Positions 29,798 to 39,832 are shown, counted from the first letter of the stretch. The stretch is 64,000 bases of DNA from Minisyncoccota bacterium (GCA_028711065.1 JAQTSY010000002.1:8263-72262), one strand, 5' to 3'. Notes: a model not told the origin generated them from the letters alone. Made by a program: numbers and translations.

Positions 29798-32116
29798 ATG
29801 GAAAAAATTCACAACAGCATTCAGGAAAAAAGTTCTCTCTACAATTTTTGGCATAAAACTCCAAAGATCTCTTTTTTGCATTTTCTCCTTTTTGTATTAG
29901 TGCTCATTTTTGCTCTACAGGCAATTTCACAGGCAACAGAAAACATGGTTGCCGATTACTTTGCTCCTTCAGATCTCGCCGCCATTGCAAACGTAAATAT
30001 TCCCGTAATCACAAGTCCTCTTACAGCCTCCGGTATGGTAGGTCAGCCATTTAGCTACCAGATGACAGCTACCAATGGGCCGATCTCTTTGTATGGGTGT
30101 AATGCTATTCCCAAAACTATACCTGGTCTTACGTGCGACTCCGCAACAGGCCTTATTTCTGGGATTCCCCAAGCACCGCTCCCCCCAACCGGCCTCCCTG
30201 TGTCTGTGACTAGTACTCCGTATGTGAATGGTTACGCTACTATACAGTTCACTATCGATGGCGGTTCGGATGTATTTAATACTCTTTCCATGGCCTCAAG
30301 GGTCACTCTTATTCCCGGGGATGTCTATCGATTTTTCCCTCAAGTTCTTGATAAAAATAAAAAAGTCGTGTCTTGGAATCTTTATACTTTTACGGGCACG
30401 CAGGGTGTGAACGCCAATGCGGGATATTATTCTGCTGATACTCCAGGGACATTTCCTATCACTGCCACTGCAACCGGTGTTCCCGGTGCGTCTCTTGCAA
30501 CTGCCAGCGCGGAGGTTACTGTGGTGCCTGATGCTAGTTTTTTGCCGGCTGCGACGAGCATTAAGATTAGTGGACCTGATAAGGTGGCGAACTCTACTAT
30601 CTTTGAAACTCGTCACACTGCTGGGGTGTTGCTTCAGGCCTATGATGCAAATGGAACACTTCAGCTTATCCATGCAGATGATCCTCTTATAGAGTGGAGC
30701 GTTTCTGGAGGGGGAGTCATAAATCCTAATCCCAATCACACAGTGAATCCTGCCAATGCAACTTTTTTTGCTGGACCGACGCCCGGAAATTATGTGATCA
30801 CGGCAAAATGGAATGGGCTTGTCACCACTTTTCCAATTGAGGTGACCAATCCTCCGTCGCTCTCAACCGTGACACTTTCCCCCGCCTCATCTGCCCAGGC
30901 GCCCATCCAAGTGCCAAGTGGAGCAACTCAAATTTTTACTGTTGGCATCTTTGATCAATTCGGTAATTCTCTCGGTAATAAGACAATAAACGGCAAAGGG
31001 ATAAGCGGTGATTGCGGTACTGTCTCTGGCGCGCTTGCTTTCACTGCCGGAAATAATGTTGGTCATACTTGTGCCGTCTGGGTAAATGTACCGTTCGGAA
31101 CATTTACGAGTGATGTCCTTGGAGAACCCGAAACGGCTTTTTACAGTGCAGTGCAAGGTGTCGCATATGTGACAGTTGCAGATGCTCCAACTCCTGCATC
31201 AATCACACTTTCTACGTCTGCCACTACGCTTTTGCCGAATGCTTCTGCCCATATAACCGCTAATGTGAAAGATCAATACGGTAAACAAATGAGCCCTGTA
31301 CTCTCTTGGTCTGCGGACAGCGGAATTTCTGTTCCACCTTCAGGTTATACCGCTGACGCAGTTGTTGATATCTACGCAAAAGGTTCTTATGTTGTGACTG
31401 CAAAATCTTCAAACGGAGTAACGGCAAATATTACGCTTACCGTTCCAACGGTATTTAAAACTCTGCAAATTACTCCTACTTCTGTTACCTTACCTTTCAA
31501 TGGTAAACAACAGTTCACGGTAACCGCTCTTGACCAAACCGGAACAGCTCTCGATCCACAGCCGTCGCTCACGTATGCAGTTACCAACGGAGGTTCTATT
31601 TCTTCTTCTGGCCTCTTTTCCGGTACAGTAGCGGGAAGTCACAGCGTGTCTGTGACAAATTCCGTCAATGCGCTTGTCGCGAAGGCCTTTGTCTTTGTAA
31701 ATGGACCAAGTACTGCGGCGGCTCCATCTTCTCCTACTCCAACTCCGACTCCAGCTCCACAATCGCCTAGCTCAACAACACCGACGCCAACTCCGACTAC
31801 GGCGACTCCTACCCCAGTCCCTACACCTGTTGATGCTAGTCAGACAATAGCAACAATTTCTATTTCACCAACGAATCCATCTATTCCACGAGGTGGCTCG
31901 CAACAATTCAGTGCCACTGCCTATAATTCGGCTGGTGTCGCTCTGTCTCCTCAGCCAACCTTTGCGTGGTCTGGGCAGATTTCTCCTGATTTTAGCAATA
32001 ACAATGGTCTTATTACTGTGACTCCCGGAGCGACTGTGGGAGCAAGTCACATTGTTGTCGTGGCTGTTCCGAAGGCAAACAAATATGCTTACACTTCCTT
32101 TGTTGTTACTCCATAA
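29798..32116 (+). CDS. Surface protein with He_PIG and tandem Big_2-like Ig domains plus PT linker
   Basis: TM; ITSPLTASGMVGQPFSY; repeated QQFTVTALDQ / QQFSATAYN domains; PT tract at about 31730-31830. Confidence 0.82.
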   Translation: MEKIHNSIQEKSSLYNFWHKTPKISFLHFLLFVLVLIFALQAISQATENMVADYFAPSDLAAIANVNIPVITSPLTASGMVGQPFSYQMTATNGPISLYGCNAIPKTIPGLTCDSATGLISGIPQAPLPPTGLPVSVTSTPYVNGYATIQFTIDGGSDVFNTLSMASRVTLIPGDVYRFFPQVLDKNKKVVSWNLYTFTGTQGVNANAGYYSADTPGTFPITATATGVPGASLATASAEVTVVPDASFLPAATSIKISGPDKVANSTIFETRHTAGVLLQAYDANGTLQLIHADDPLIEWSVSGGGVINPNPNHTVNPANATFFAGPTPGNYVITAKWNGLVTTFPIEVTNPPSLSTVTLSPASSAQAPIQVPSGATQIFTVGIFDQFGNSLGNKTINGKGISGDCGTVSGALAFTAGNNVGHTCAVWVNVPFGTFTSDVLGEPETAFYSAVQGVAYVTVADAPTPASITLSTSATTLLPNASAHITANVKDQYGKQMSPVLSWSADSGISVPPSGYTADAVVDIYAKGSYVVTAKSSNGVTANITLTVPTVFKTLQITPTSVTLPFNGKQQFTVTALDQTGTALDPQPSLTYAVTNGGSISSSGLFSGTVAGSHSVSVTNSVNALVAKAFVFVNGPSTAAAPSSPTPTPTPAPQSPSSTTPTPTPTTATPTPVPTPVDASQTIATISISPTNPSIPRGGSQQFSATAYNSAGVALSPQPTFAWSGQISPDFSNNNGLITVTPGATVGASHIVVVAVPKANKYAYTSFVVTP

Positions 32117-32135
32117 AAATCTATAAAAGCTAGTT

Positions 32136-32173
32136 CAAAACCCCCGCCTTCGGAAACGAAGGCGGGGGTTTTG
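32136..32173 (+). terminator. Intrinsic terminator
   Basis: CAAAACCCCCGCCTTCG-GAAA-CGAAGGCGGGGGTTTTG. Confidence 0.8.
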
Positions 32174-32236
32174 TTCCCTTGCACTTCTCTTTGCGGGGGA
32201 GATATAATGAATCCATTACTCGTCTTAATTATTATT

Positions 32237-33019
32237 ATGAAAGTAGAAAAAAATCCTGGTATTCCGACAGTAGACGATTCTTTTGAGGTGACAGCGCCCG
32301 CTGAACGCGCCGCAATTGAGAAGCGTGAAGCCGGAGCTTCAAAAGTAGAAAAAGGAGCCGAAAGCTCGGTCTTTGATGCCGGAAGAGCTCGGTTTGAAAA
32401 TGTCGCAAATGTTATCGGCGGTTGGAAAGAGAAAGGCATGTCAATGTTGAAGAGCGGTTGGGGAAAGGTAAGCCGTTTTTTCGGCAAAATTGGAAAAGTT
32501 GGAAAGGAAGCCGCAGTTGTCGCTCTCTCCTTGCCTGAGATAAAGGACAAGGCCGTAGAAGGTGTTAAGTCAGGTGTAGAGCGCGGAGTCAACGCCGTAA
32601 AAAGCGGCGCTGAATACGTAAAAAATGGAGTTCTCGATACTGCTGCGTATGGAGCGATGCTCGCGCAAGATGGAGCACAATTTGCCGAGGCAAAAGCAAA
32701 ATGGGCCAAAGATAAAACTGTTGAAGGTGGCCAAGCGGTCTATGGATATGCGGCAGAACGTTACAACTCTCTCCGAGACGGAGCAGAATCTCTAGTAAAC
32801 GGAGCGACCGAGAGAATTCGGGCTGCAAAAGAAAGTTTTGGCAATCGCATAAATGCAATCAGGATGAAGCGCCTTGCTGCAGAACTTGCCCGCGAAGAAT
32901 TGAAACAAGCAGAAGGAGCTCGTAGAGTCGAAGCTCTAAAGGCCAGAATTAATAAATTCCAAGAAGCAGAGAAGCTAAAGAGCATGAGTTCAGCTATCTC
33001 CTTTGACGGAAGCTTCTAA
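32237..33019 (+). CDS. Amphipathic helical hypothetical protein
   Basis: Ala/Lys/Glu/Gly-rich quasi-repeats (AVEGVKSGVER, GVNAVKSGAEY) and a C-terminal coiled coil. Confidence 0.7.
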   Translation: MKVEKNPGIPTVDDSFEVTAPAERAAIEKREAGASKVEKGAESSVFDAGRARFENVANVIGGWKEKGMSMLKSGWGKVSRFFGKIGKVGKEAAVVALSLPEIKDKAVEGVKSGVERGVNAVKSGAEYVKNGVLDTAAYGAMLAQDGAQFAEAKAKWAKDKTVEGGQAVYGYAAERYNSLRDGAESLVNGATERIRAAKESFGNRINAIRMKRLAAELAREELKQAEGARRVEALKARINKFQEAEKLKSMSSAISFDGSF

Positions 33020-33031
33020 TTTTTCCTCTCT

Positions 33032-33388
33032 ATGACACCACAAGCATATTTACAACAAATCAAAGCAAGCTCTCTTTCGGAGAGTACAAAAAAGGCAATA
33101 GAAAAACTTCTTTCTGCGCCGGATACAGCGACAACAGCTAAAATCCAAGAGCTTATCCAAGCTGATATTGATGAGAGTTTCAAAGCAGATGATCCGGCAA
33201 AAATGGATGATCCAGAGGTCATGAAGGTTTTTGCAGATACTGATGTGGAACTCAAAAAAGTCGAGGGCGATCTCGAATCAGGCTTGGAATTCATATCAAA
33301 AGAAATGGAGAAATTGGAAGCGGACGTGGCTCAACTCGACAAGATTGCCGATGCAAACAAACTTTCCCAAGTGAGAGCTTCTCTCTAA
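33032..33388 (+). CDS. Acidic helical hypothetical protein
   Basis: 118-aa ORF starting 12 bp after the previous gene. Confidence 0.7.
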   Translation: MTPQAYLQQIKASSLSESTKKAIEKLLSAPDTATTAKIQELIQADIDESFKADDPAKMDDPEVMKVFADTDVELKKVEGDLESGLEFISKEMEKLEADVAQLDKIADANKLSQVRASL

Positions 33389-33485
33389 TTTTTTTCTCTC
33401 GTCTTAAATAAAAAAGCAGCCTTTGTAATGGGGCTTGCTTTTTTATTATTATGTGTTATTCTAGTTTTGAAAGGAGGTTTCGAAT

Positions 33486-33680
33486 ATGCGTGATCTTCTG
33501 TTCTTTTTCCAGATCCAGTGGGGAGTGTGCCACCTTCGAGCGCTTCTTCACAGAACGAGGATGATCCGTTTTCTTCATTGGTCGTATTGGCCATCGAATG
33601 CCAAGACCAAGAAGGCTCATGAAGAGTTACGCAGAGCGAATCGTCGCACTGCGAGGCAAATTCTCGAAGGCAAATGCTGA
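33486..33680 (+). CDS. Small basic hypothetical protein (SD-led orphan)
   Basis: AAGGAGGT before the ATG; TTGCTT..TATTCT promoter-like site upstream; hairpin and T-tract downstream. Confidence 0.55.
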   Translation: MRDLLFFFQIQWGVCHLRALLHRTRMIRFLHWSYWPSNAKTKKAHEELRRANRRTARQILEGKC

Positions 33681-33723
33681 AGTGTATATGCTCACGGCCC
33701 ACTGGGGATCGTGAGTGTTTTTA

Positions 33724-34092
33724 TTATTTTATTTCTTCCTTCAACTTCTCTGCATTTCCGGCGAGATCTTTTTTATCGCCTTTTACTTTATCATTTGGAA
33801 ATACCCATACGTGAGCGTGTGGAACTTCGTCGCCTATTATTTTTGAAAGTATCCAATCAGTTCCGAACGTTTTTCTTTGCGCGAGAGCTACTTTTTTTAC
33901 GAGCTCAAAATATTCTCCTGCATTTGGTATATCCCATACCCAGCGGTAGTGTTTCTTGGGGATAACTTGTGTATGTCCTGGGGATTGGGGGTTGATATCT
34001 AAAAAGGCTAGAAAATCACTATCCTCATACACAATATGGGCGGGGATTTCTTTTTTCACAATTTTGCAAAATACACAATTTTTATCTTCCAT
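33724..34092 (-). CDS. HIT family nucleotide hydrolase
   Basis: [28 protein letters not shown] (third His replaced by Trp). Confidence 0.92.
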   Translation of the reverse strand: MEDKNCVFCKIVKKEIPAHIVYEDSDFLAFLDINPQSPGHTQVIPKKHYRWVWDIPNAGEYFELVKKVALAQRKTFGTDWILSKIIGDEVPHAHVWVFPNDKVKGDKKDLAGNAEKLKEEIK

Positions 34093-34117
34093 AATGGTCT
34101 ATAATAGCTCTTAATGA

Positions 34118-34200
34118 ATCCCGTTAGAAGCAACCAACATTTATACATTATGCTTTATTCAAACCATTATCAAATAATCGGAGCTAGCTTCTAACGGGAT
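34118..34200. mobile_element. MITE-like element with 14-bp perfect terminal inverted repeats
   Basis: ATCCCGTTAGAAGC (34118-34131) and GCTTCTAACGGGAT (34187-34200) around an AT-rich core; flanking AT is a possible target-site duplication. Confidence 0.65.
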
Positions 34201-35923
34201 GAAATCTTATTCAGTTAGAGAAAGTATACCAAAAGATCAGGGAAAAGGTTTGGAAGCATTTCCTGAACTTACTCGCCATCTTTTATTTCACCGAGGTATA
34301 CAAAATGCTGAAGATGCGAAAACATTTTTAAATCCCGATTATATTTCGCATGTTCATGATCCCTATCTTTTGTCTGGAATGGACAAAGCGGTCCAAAGGA
34401 TTCTTTCCGCGATAGAAAAAAAAGAAAAAATCTGCATCTACAGCGACTATGACATGGACGGAATCCCTGGAGCGATCGTTCTCTCTGATTTTTTCAAGAA
34501 AATTGGCTATAAAGAAAATATTCGAGTCTACATTCCGCATCGGCATGACGAAGGATTTGGATTGAATCATGATGCGATAGAAGATATTGCAAAAGAGGGC
34601 GCGAAGCTTCTCATCACCATTGATTGTGGTATTGCTGACCCGAAAGAAGTCGCCCACGCAAATTCGCTTGGTCTCGATGTTATTGTTACCGATCATCATT
34701 TGCCTGGGAAAACCCTGCCCGAAGCGTTTGCGATCATAAATCCGAAATGTTCTCCAGAATATCCGTTTCAAGATCTTTGCGGTTCCGGAGTTGTCTTCAA
34801 GCTTGTTCAAGCCCTCCTTACAAAAAATAATTTTGGTTTGAAAGAGGGAACAGAGAAATGGCTCTTGGATATGGTGGGAATGGCAACTTGTTCGGATATG
34901 GTTCCTCTTGTCGGGGAGAATCGCGTTTTTGCCCAGTATGGTTTGAAAGTGCTTCGCAAATCTCCTCGAGTCGGACTTTTGAAATTCTTTGCGAAAAATA
35001 AAGTAAATCAGCGCGATCTTACCGAAGATGATATTGGTTTTACTATCGCTCCGCGAATAAACGCGGCTTCTCGAATGGGGGATCCGATGCAAGCCTTTCG
35101 ACTTCTCTCGACCGATGATGAAGCGGAGGCAGACGAACTATCTGATTATTTAAATCAGGTGAATGATGAACGAAAGGGGGTTGTCGCTTCAATGGTTAAA
35201 GAAATGAAGAAAAAAATCGAAGTTCGATTTGCCAAGAAAGAGATGCCGAAAGTTTTGGTAATGGGAAATCCGCTTTGGCGCCCATCGCTTTTAGGACTTG
35301 CAGCGAACACATTAATGGAAGCTCATTCTCGGCCGGTATTTTTGTGGGGCAGAGACGGAGGAGATGGAGAGGGGGCGCTTAAGGGTTCGTGCAGATCGGA
35401 TGGAAGCGTTTCTCTCGTTGGACTTATGCAAGCGACACGCCCTGGAGTATTTGCGGAATTTGGCGGGCACCATATGGCTGGAGGATTTACTGTTGTATCC
35501 GACAAAGTGCATTTTCTTGAAGCGGAATTGGAGCATGCGTATGAAAAAGCACGGGAGGCATATGAAAAACCAGACGCGCTTCTTGTAGACAAAAAACTTT
35601 TGCTCGAGGATGTAAATTGGCAAACCTACGGAGAAATCGAGAAGCTCGCACCATTTGGAGTGGGGAATGCAAAACCGGTTTTCCTTTTCGACAATGTAAT
35701 CATTGAAGAAGTAAAACAATTCGGAAAAGAGAAAAATCATCTCGAACTGCTCTTCAGAAAAGCAGACGGCAGAAAAGTCTCAGCAATTTCTTTTTTCTCA
35801 TCTCTCGCAGATTTTGAAGTACCGATTGAGAAGGGGAGTATGGTTAACCTCGTGGCATCACTTGAAAAATCTACCTTCAGAAATTTTCCTGAATTACGAT
35901 TACGGATTATTGACATTGTATAA
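34199..35923 (+). CDS. recJ: ssDNA-specific exonuclease RecJ
   Basis: DYDMDG, ITIDCG, TDHH, PRINAASR, GGHHMAGG, PFGVGN. Confidence 0.97.
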   Translation: MKSYSVRESIPKDQGKGLEAFPELTRHLLFHRGIQNAEDAKTFLNPDYISHVHDPYLLSGMDKAVQRILSAIEKKEKICIYSDYDMDGIPGAIVLSDFFKKIGYKENIRVYIPHRHDEGFGLNHDAIEDIAKEGAKLLITIDCGIADPKEVAHANSLGLDVIVTDHHLPGKTLPEAFAIINPKCSPEYPFQDLCGSGVVFKLVQALLTKNNFGLKEGTEKWLLDMVGMATCSDMVPLVGENRVFAQYGLKVLRKSPRVGLLKFFAKNKVNQRDLTEDDIGFTIAPRINAASRMGDPMQAFRLLSTDDEAEADELSDYLNQVNDERKGVVASMVKEMKKKIEVRFAKKEMPKVLVMGNPLWRPSLLGLAANTLMEAHSRPVFLWGRDGGDGEGALKGSCRSDGSVSLVGLMQATRPGVFAEFGGHHMAGGFTVVSDKVHFLEAELEHAYEKAREAYEKPDALLVDKKLLLEDVNWQTYGEIEKLAPFGVGNAKPVFLFDNVIIEEVKQFGKEKNHLELLFRKADGRKVSAISFFSSLADFEVPIEKGSMVNLVASLEKSTFRNFPELRLRIIDIV

Positions 35924-35988
35924 TATTTAGTATATAATATAACTCGGTAGTTTTTCGATAACATTCACTCTTTTGGGAGACCGGGATC

Positions 35989-36414
35989 ATGTTGATTCTC
36001 AGAGATTTTTTCCTTTTGGGCCTAGCCGGCCTTGGGATGGAAGTCGTATTCACCTGGTTCTTTGCAGCGAAGAGGAACCAGGCGAACGTCGTTCATCACC
36101 GGATGGCAATGGGTTACAGCCACCCGTATTTCATCGTGACGTATGGAACTGTCGCGCTTTTGTTCGCGTGGCAGGGCAATGCGATCTTTGAGTGGCATTG
36201 GATCGGGAGATATTTCTTTTTCACAGCATATGCATTCGTCCTCGAGACGTTGCAGAATCTGTGTCTAAGAGCGATCCATGGTCAAGGGCCTTGCGAAGAA
36301 GTGTATCGCAGGTCGGGGAAGGCACTTTTCGGCGGATTGGTCCGCTGGGACTTCCCATTTTACTTTGGCGGTGCGGGGTTTTTGTTCCAGCTCGCCTACC
36401 AGTCAATGCACTAG
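35989..36414 (+). CDS. Membrane protein, TMEM229/DUF1113-like (SD-led)
   Basis: GLGMEVVFT...GYS...YG...LE...GLV pattern; about 4 TM segments; GGAG upstream. Confidence 0.55.
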   Translation: MLILRDFFLLGLAGLGMEVVFTWFFAAKRNQANVVHHRMAMGYSHPYFIVTYGTVALLFAWQGNAIFEWHWIGRYFFFTAYAFVLETLQNLCLRAIHGQGPCEEVYRRSGKALFGGLVRWDFPFYFGGAGFLFQLAYQSMH

Positions 36415-36434
36415 AGAGATTTAAGGAGGGGAAA

Positions 36435-36533
36435 ATGTTGAAATATTTCGGTGCAGAGATGCTCTTTTTGATGATGATCACCTTGATGCTTTTGGGGGTC
36501 TTCATTGTCGCATGCTGGAGGCCGGCCTTTTAG
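36435..36533 (+). CDS. 32-aa hydrophobic peptide
   Basis: TAAGGAGG upstream; MLKYFGAEMLFLMMITLMLLGVFIVACWRPAF. Confidence 0.5.
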   Translation: MLKYFGAEMLFLMMITLMLLGVFIVACWRPAF

Positions 36534-36561
36534 TGTCTTCACTTTTAGCGGGGGGACTCTC

Positions 36562-36714
36562 GTGGGTAAAGTCGAAAAAACAGGCTGGAAACAAAGAGTT
36601 TGCGATTTCTTGGCAGAGTGCTTAAGTTGGGCAGTGGCGATCATTGCCTGGCTTTGCACTCGGCCTCTCAAACTTATTTTCTGGGCACTGTCGGAGATCA
36701 AAGGTAACGAGTAA
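36562..36714 (+). CDS. Small hydrophobic protein
   Basis: GGGGGA before a GTG start; followed by hairpin CAGAGGAC-GAAA-GTTCTCTG and a T-tract. Confidence 0.4.
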   Translation: MGKVEKTGWKQRVCDFLAECLSWAVAIIAWLCTRPLKLIFWALSEIKGNE

Positions 36715-36757
36715 CAGAGGACGAAAGTTCTCTGTTTTTTTATGTTACTATATTTCG

Positions 36758-37465
36758 ATGCAATCAATTATTATTTTTACTGATGGAGCATCTCGAGGAA
36801 ATCCTGGGCCGGGCGGGTGGGGAGCCGTGATCGTAGAGAATGGAAAAGTTATTGAACTTGGCGGCACTGATAAAAAGACTACAAACAATAGAATGGAACT
36901 TTCAGGTGCCCTTGGAGCACTGCTTTCTCTGGGACAGAATAAAAATGAGAAAATCATGCTCTATTCCGATTCAAGTTATCTTCTAAACGGCATAACCAAA
37001 TGGGCAAAGGCATGGGAAGCGAACGGTTGGAAAACAAAAACAAAAGAAGATGTGCAAAATCGCGATCTGTGGGAAAAACTTCTCGACGCAGTAGATGGCA
37101 AAAATATTGAATGGAAATATCTCGGAGGGCACGTTGGAATCGCTGGCAACGAACGTGCAGATGAGATTGCAACTTCTTTCGCAGGTGGTGTGCCGACGAA
37201 GCTTTACAGTGGAGCACTTTCCGGATATGGAAGAAACATTTTAAATTTCGATCTCGACAAATCTCTCGCAAAAGAAAAAAGCGCTTCGCGCGCCCATTCG
37301 AACGCGAAAGCTTATTCATACTTAAGCCTTATCGATGGGATGCTTATCAAACATTCGACTTGGGCGGACTGCGAAAAGCGAGTAAAAGGCAAAAAAGCGA
37401 AATTTCGCAAAGCTCTCTCGGCTGACGACGAACAAGCTATTATGAAAGAGTGGGGCGTGAAATAG
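36758..37465 (+). CDS. rnhA: Ribonuclease HI with C-terminal viroplasmin (hybrid-binding)-like domain
   Basis: FTDGASRGNPGPGGWG, TNNRMEL, DSSY, GNERAD; C-terminal TWADCEKRVKG. Confidence 0.93.
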   Translation: MQSIIIFTDGASRGNPGPGGWGAVIVENGKVIELGGTDKKTTNNRMELSGALGALLSLGQNKNEKIMLYSDSSYLLNGITKWAKAWEANGWKTKTKEDVQNRDLWEKLLDAVDGKNIEWKYLGGHVGIAGNERADEIATSFAGGVPTKLYSGALSGYGRNILNFDLDKSLAKEKSASRAHSNAKAYSYLSLIDGMLIKHSTWADCEKRVKGKKAKFRKALSADDEQAIMKEWGVK

Positions 37466-37467
37466 CA

Positions 37468-39000
37468 ATGCAAAATAAAACTTTTTATATCGTCCTCTCC
37501 AGTTTTATTTTGGGAGTTTTTCTTCGATCATTTTTGGAAATAAGTTTTACACTCTCTGTGCTCCTCTGTCTTGTGAGCGCAGCTGTGCTTTTTTATATTT
37601 GGTATGTCCGTCAAGGAGAAGAGAGTGGCGAAAATTTTTCGAAGTCGGTAGTCACCGCGTCGCTCTGTCTCTTTCTTATCTCTCTAGGTATCCTTCGCTA
37701 CAGCATTTCCGAGCGAGGTCGCTATCCGCTTCCTGAAAGGTTTGTCGGTCAAAAAGTTTCCGCTGAAGGCATCATTACCGAAGAACCCGATATTCGCGAT
37801 ACTTACCAGAGGCTTACGATTACGCTCCAAAAGATCGCCTCTACTACTGTTTCGGCAAAAATTATTACGAAGGCTGATCATTATGTCAATTTTCACTACG
37901 GTGATCGAGTCAGTCTCTCCGGTGCTATCACAAAACCGGAAAATTTTGAACCAGAAGCAGGCGAGCGCGCTTTCGACTATGTCTCCTATCTAGCAAAGGA
38001 CAATATTTACTACGAAATGAAATTTCCCAAAGTTTCTCTGCTTGGAGAAGGAGAGGGGAATCCGATTCGTTCCGTACTTTTCAAGATAAAAAATAATTTT
38101 ATCGAGCATATAAATGCCATTCTTTCTCCTCCGCACTCCTCGCTTCTGTCCGGGCTTTTAGTCGCAGGGAAAGGATCACTGGGCAAAGATTTGCAAGACG
38201 AATTTGTTCGAGCTGGCGCGATCCAGGTCGTTGTTCTTTCTGGCTATAACGTCACTATCGTTTCTGATGCGATCACGAAAGTGCTCTCATTTTTGCCTCG
38301 AACCTCGGCACTTTCATTTGGCGCTCTCGGCATAATCCTTTTTGTTCTTATGGCAGGAGGAACAGCGAGTATCGTTCGCGCGGGGATTATGGCCCTTGTG
38401 GTTATTTTGGGAAAAGCTTTCGGGCGCCGTTATGATGTGCTTCGCGCTCTCTGTATTGCCGGGGTGCTTATGATTATCGTCAATCCAAAAATTTTAGCAT
38501 TTGATCCTTCCTTTCAATTATCTTTTTTAGCAACGCTCGGTCTTATTTTAGCAACTCCGCTCATTGCGCCACATCTCTCATTTCTTCCTCTTCGTTTTAA
38601 AATAAGAGAAACAGTGACAGCGACGATTGCAACGCAAGTTTTTGTCTTGCCGTTTCTCTTATATCAGATCGGGAATCTTTCGCTTGTCGCTCTTTTCACC
38701 AATACGCTCATTATGATGTTCGTGCCCCTTACAATGTTTGCGGGTTTTCTCGCCACACTTTTTAGTTACATTTCAATCGCGGTCGCTTTTCCGCTCACTC
38801 TCATTTCATATTTCTTCCTGGGGTACGAACTTTTTGTGGTTCACTTTTTCTCTTCGCTCCCATTCGCTGCGGTCCAGATTCCATGGTTCCCTTGGTGGCT
38901 CATGTTTGCTTTCTATTTTTTCTACGCCAGAGTACTTTCGAAATTTTATCGCAACACTCATTCGATAGGGAATTCATTGGTGAGCTCGTCTGAAAAATAG
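37468..39000 (+). CDS. comEC: ComEC/Rec2 competence channel (DUF4131 and Competence domains)
   Basis: FDYVSYL, VVVLSGYN, SIVRAGIM, SFQLSFLAT. Confidence 0.93.
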   Translation: MQNKTFYIVLSSFILGVFLRSFLEISFTLSVLLCLVSAAVLFYIWYVRQGEESGENFSKSVVTASLCLFLISLGILRYSISERGRYPLPERFVGQKVSAEGIITEEPDIRDTYQRLTITLQKIASTTVSAKIITKADHYVNFHYGDRVSLSGAITKPENFEPEAGERAFDYVSYLAKDNIYYEMKFPKVSLLGEGEGNPIRSVLFKIKNNFIEHINAILSPPHSSLLSGLLVAGKGSLGKDLQDEFVRAGAIQVVVLSGYNVTIVSDAITKVLSFLPRTSALSFGALGIILFVLMAGGTASIVRAGIMALVVILGKAFGRRYDVLRALCIAGVLMIIVNPKILAFDPSFQLSFLATLGLILATPLIAPHLSFLPLRFKIRETVTATIATQVFVLPFLLYQIGNLSLVALFTNTLIMMFVPLTMFAGFLATLFSYISIAVAFPLTLISYFFLGYELFVVHFFSSLPFAAVQIPWFPWWLMFAFYFFYARVLSKFYRNTHSIGNSLVSSSEK

Positions 39001-39773
39001 AAAGCGCCTGTTATCGATCCGAAGCTCCATGTTTCTCCATTCAATATGATTTCTGCTCCTCCTGTATCAGGGTACTCTTTTGGTTTTGAATTTGTGAAGC
39101 CGATATTAAAAAGCGTTCCAAGGATTTCGGGTCTCTTGGCGATAGGGAAGCTGGCATTTTCCCACTGTTTCTCGATTTCTTTGAGATAGAGGGCCGAATA
39201 GAGATACGAATAATAATGATCGTGCTCATTCACTAGTCGTTCATACCGCTCTTTTCCCGCGTCATCTGTTTTAAAATCAAGCGTATGCTGCCAAGCTTCA
39301 CCTAGATAAAATGGGGAAGTGGGGTCTTTCAGATTATTTTCTATTTGTATCGCCGTCTCCATCTTTACTCCCATAACTCCCAAAGAAAATTGGGATTGAT
39401 TGCCTAAAATCTTGAGCGGAGAAAAAGCCAGTTTGAATATTTCGCGTTCTGTGAAGAAAAGGCGGAGCTGTTCTGTCGCTAAAATCGCGACAAGAAGGCG
39501 TCGAGGCACTCCCGTCTCTCTTTCGACTCTCACCAAGGTGCCTGTATCTTTTACAACTGCAGTTTTAAATATTTGCCACTCCTCGCTGTTAGCCCAGGAG
39601 AGTTTTATTTTATCTTTCACCCCTCCAATTCCTGCTTGTATAAATTCAGCGTGAGAATTGTCTATAATTCCTGTCTCATTTGTCAGTCCGTATCTCACTG
39701 CAAAGTAACCGGAAGTAAGAAAAAAGCCGATGACGGCAAAGGTGTATACGGCTACAGAAAAGGCTTTTTTCAT
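38958..39773 (-). CDS. Membrane-anchored DUF1402-like / lysozyme-fold-like protein
   Basis: N-terminal TM; LVAILATEQLR, SLGVMGVK and ILGTLFNIG resemble transglycosylase-type motifs. Confidence 0.6.
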   Translation of the reverse strand: MKKAFSVAVYTFAVIGFFLTSGYFAVRYGLTNETGIIDNSHAEFIQAGIGGVKDKIKLSWANSEEWQIFKTAVVKDTGTLVRVERETGVPRRLLVAILATEQLRLFFTEREIFKLAFSPLKILGNQSQFSLGVMGVKMETAIQIENNLKDPTSPFYLGEAWQHTLDFKTDDAGKERYERLVNEHDHYYSYLYSALYLKEIEKQWENASFPIAKRPEILGTLFNIGFTNSKPKEYPDTGGAEIILNGETWSFGSITGAFYFSDELTNEFPIE

Positions 39774-39832
39774 AAATATTTTCACTGGGTAAGTATACTC
39801 GAACAGCTTTGTTTCCAGGGCTTGACTTTGTG

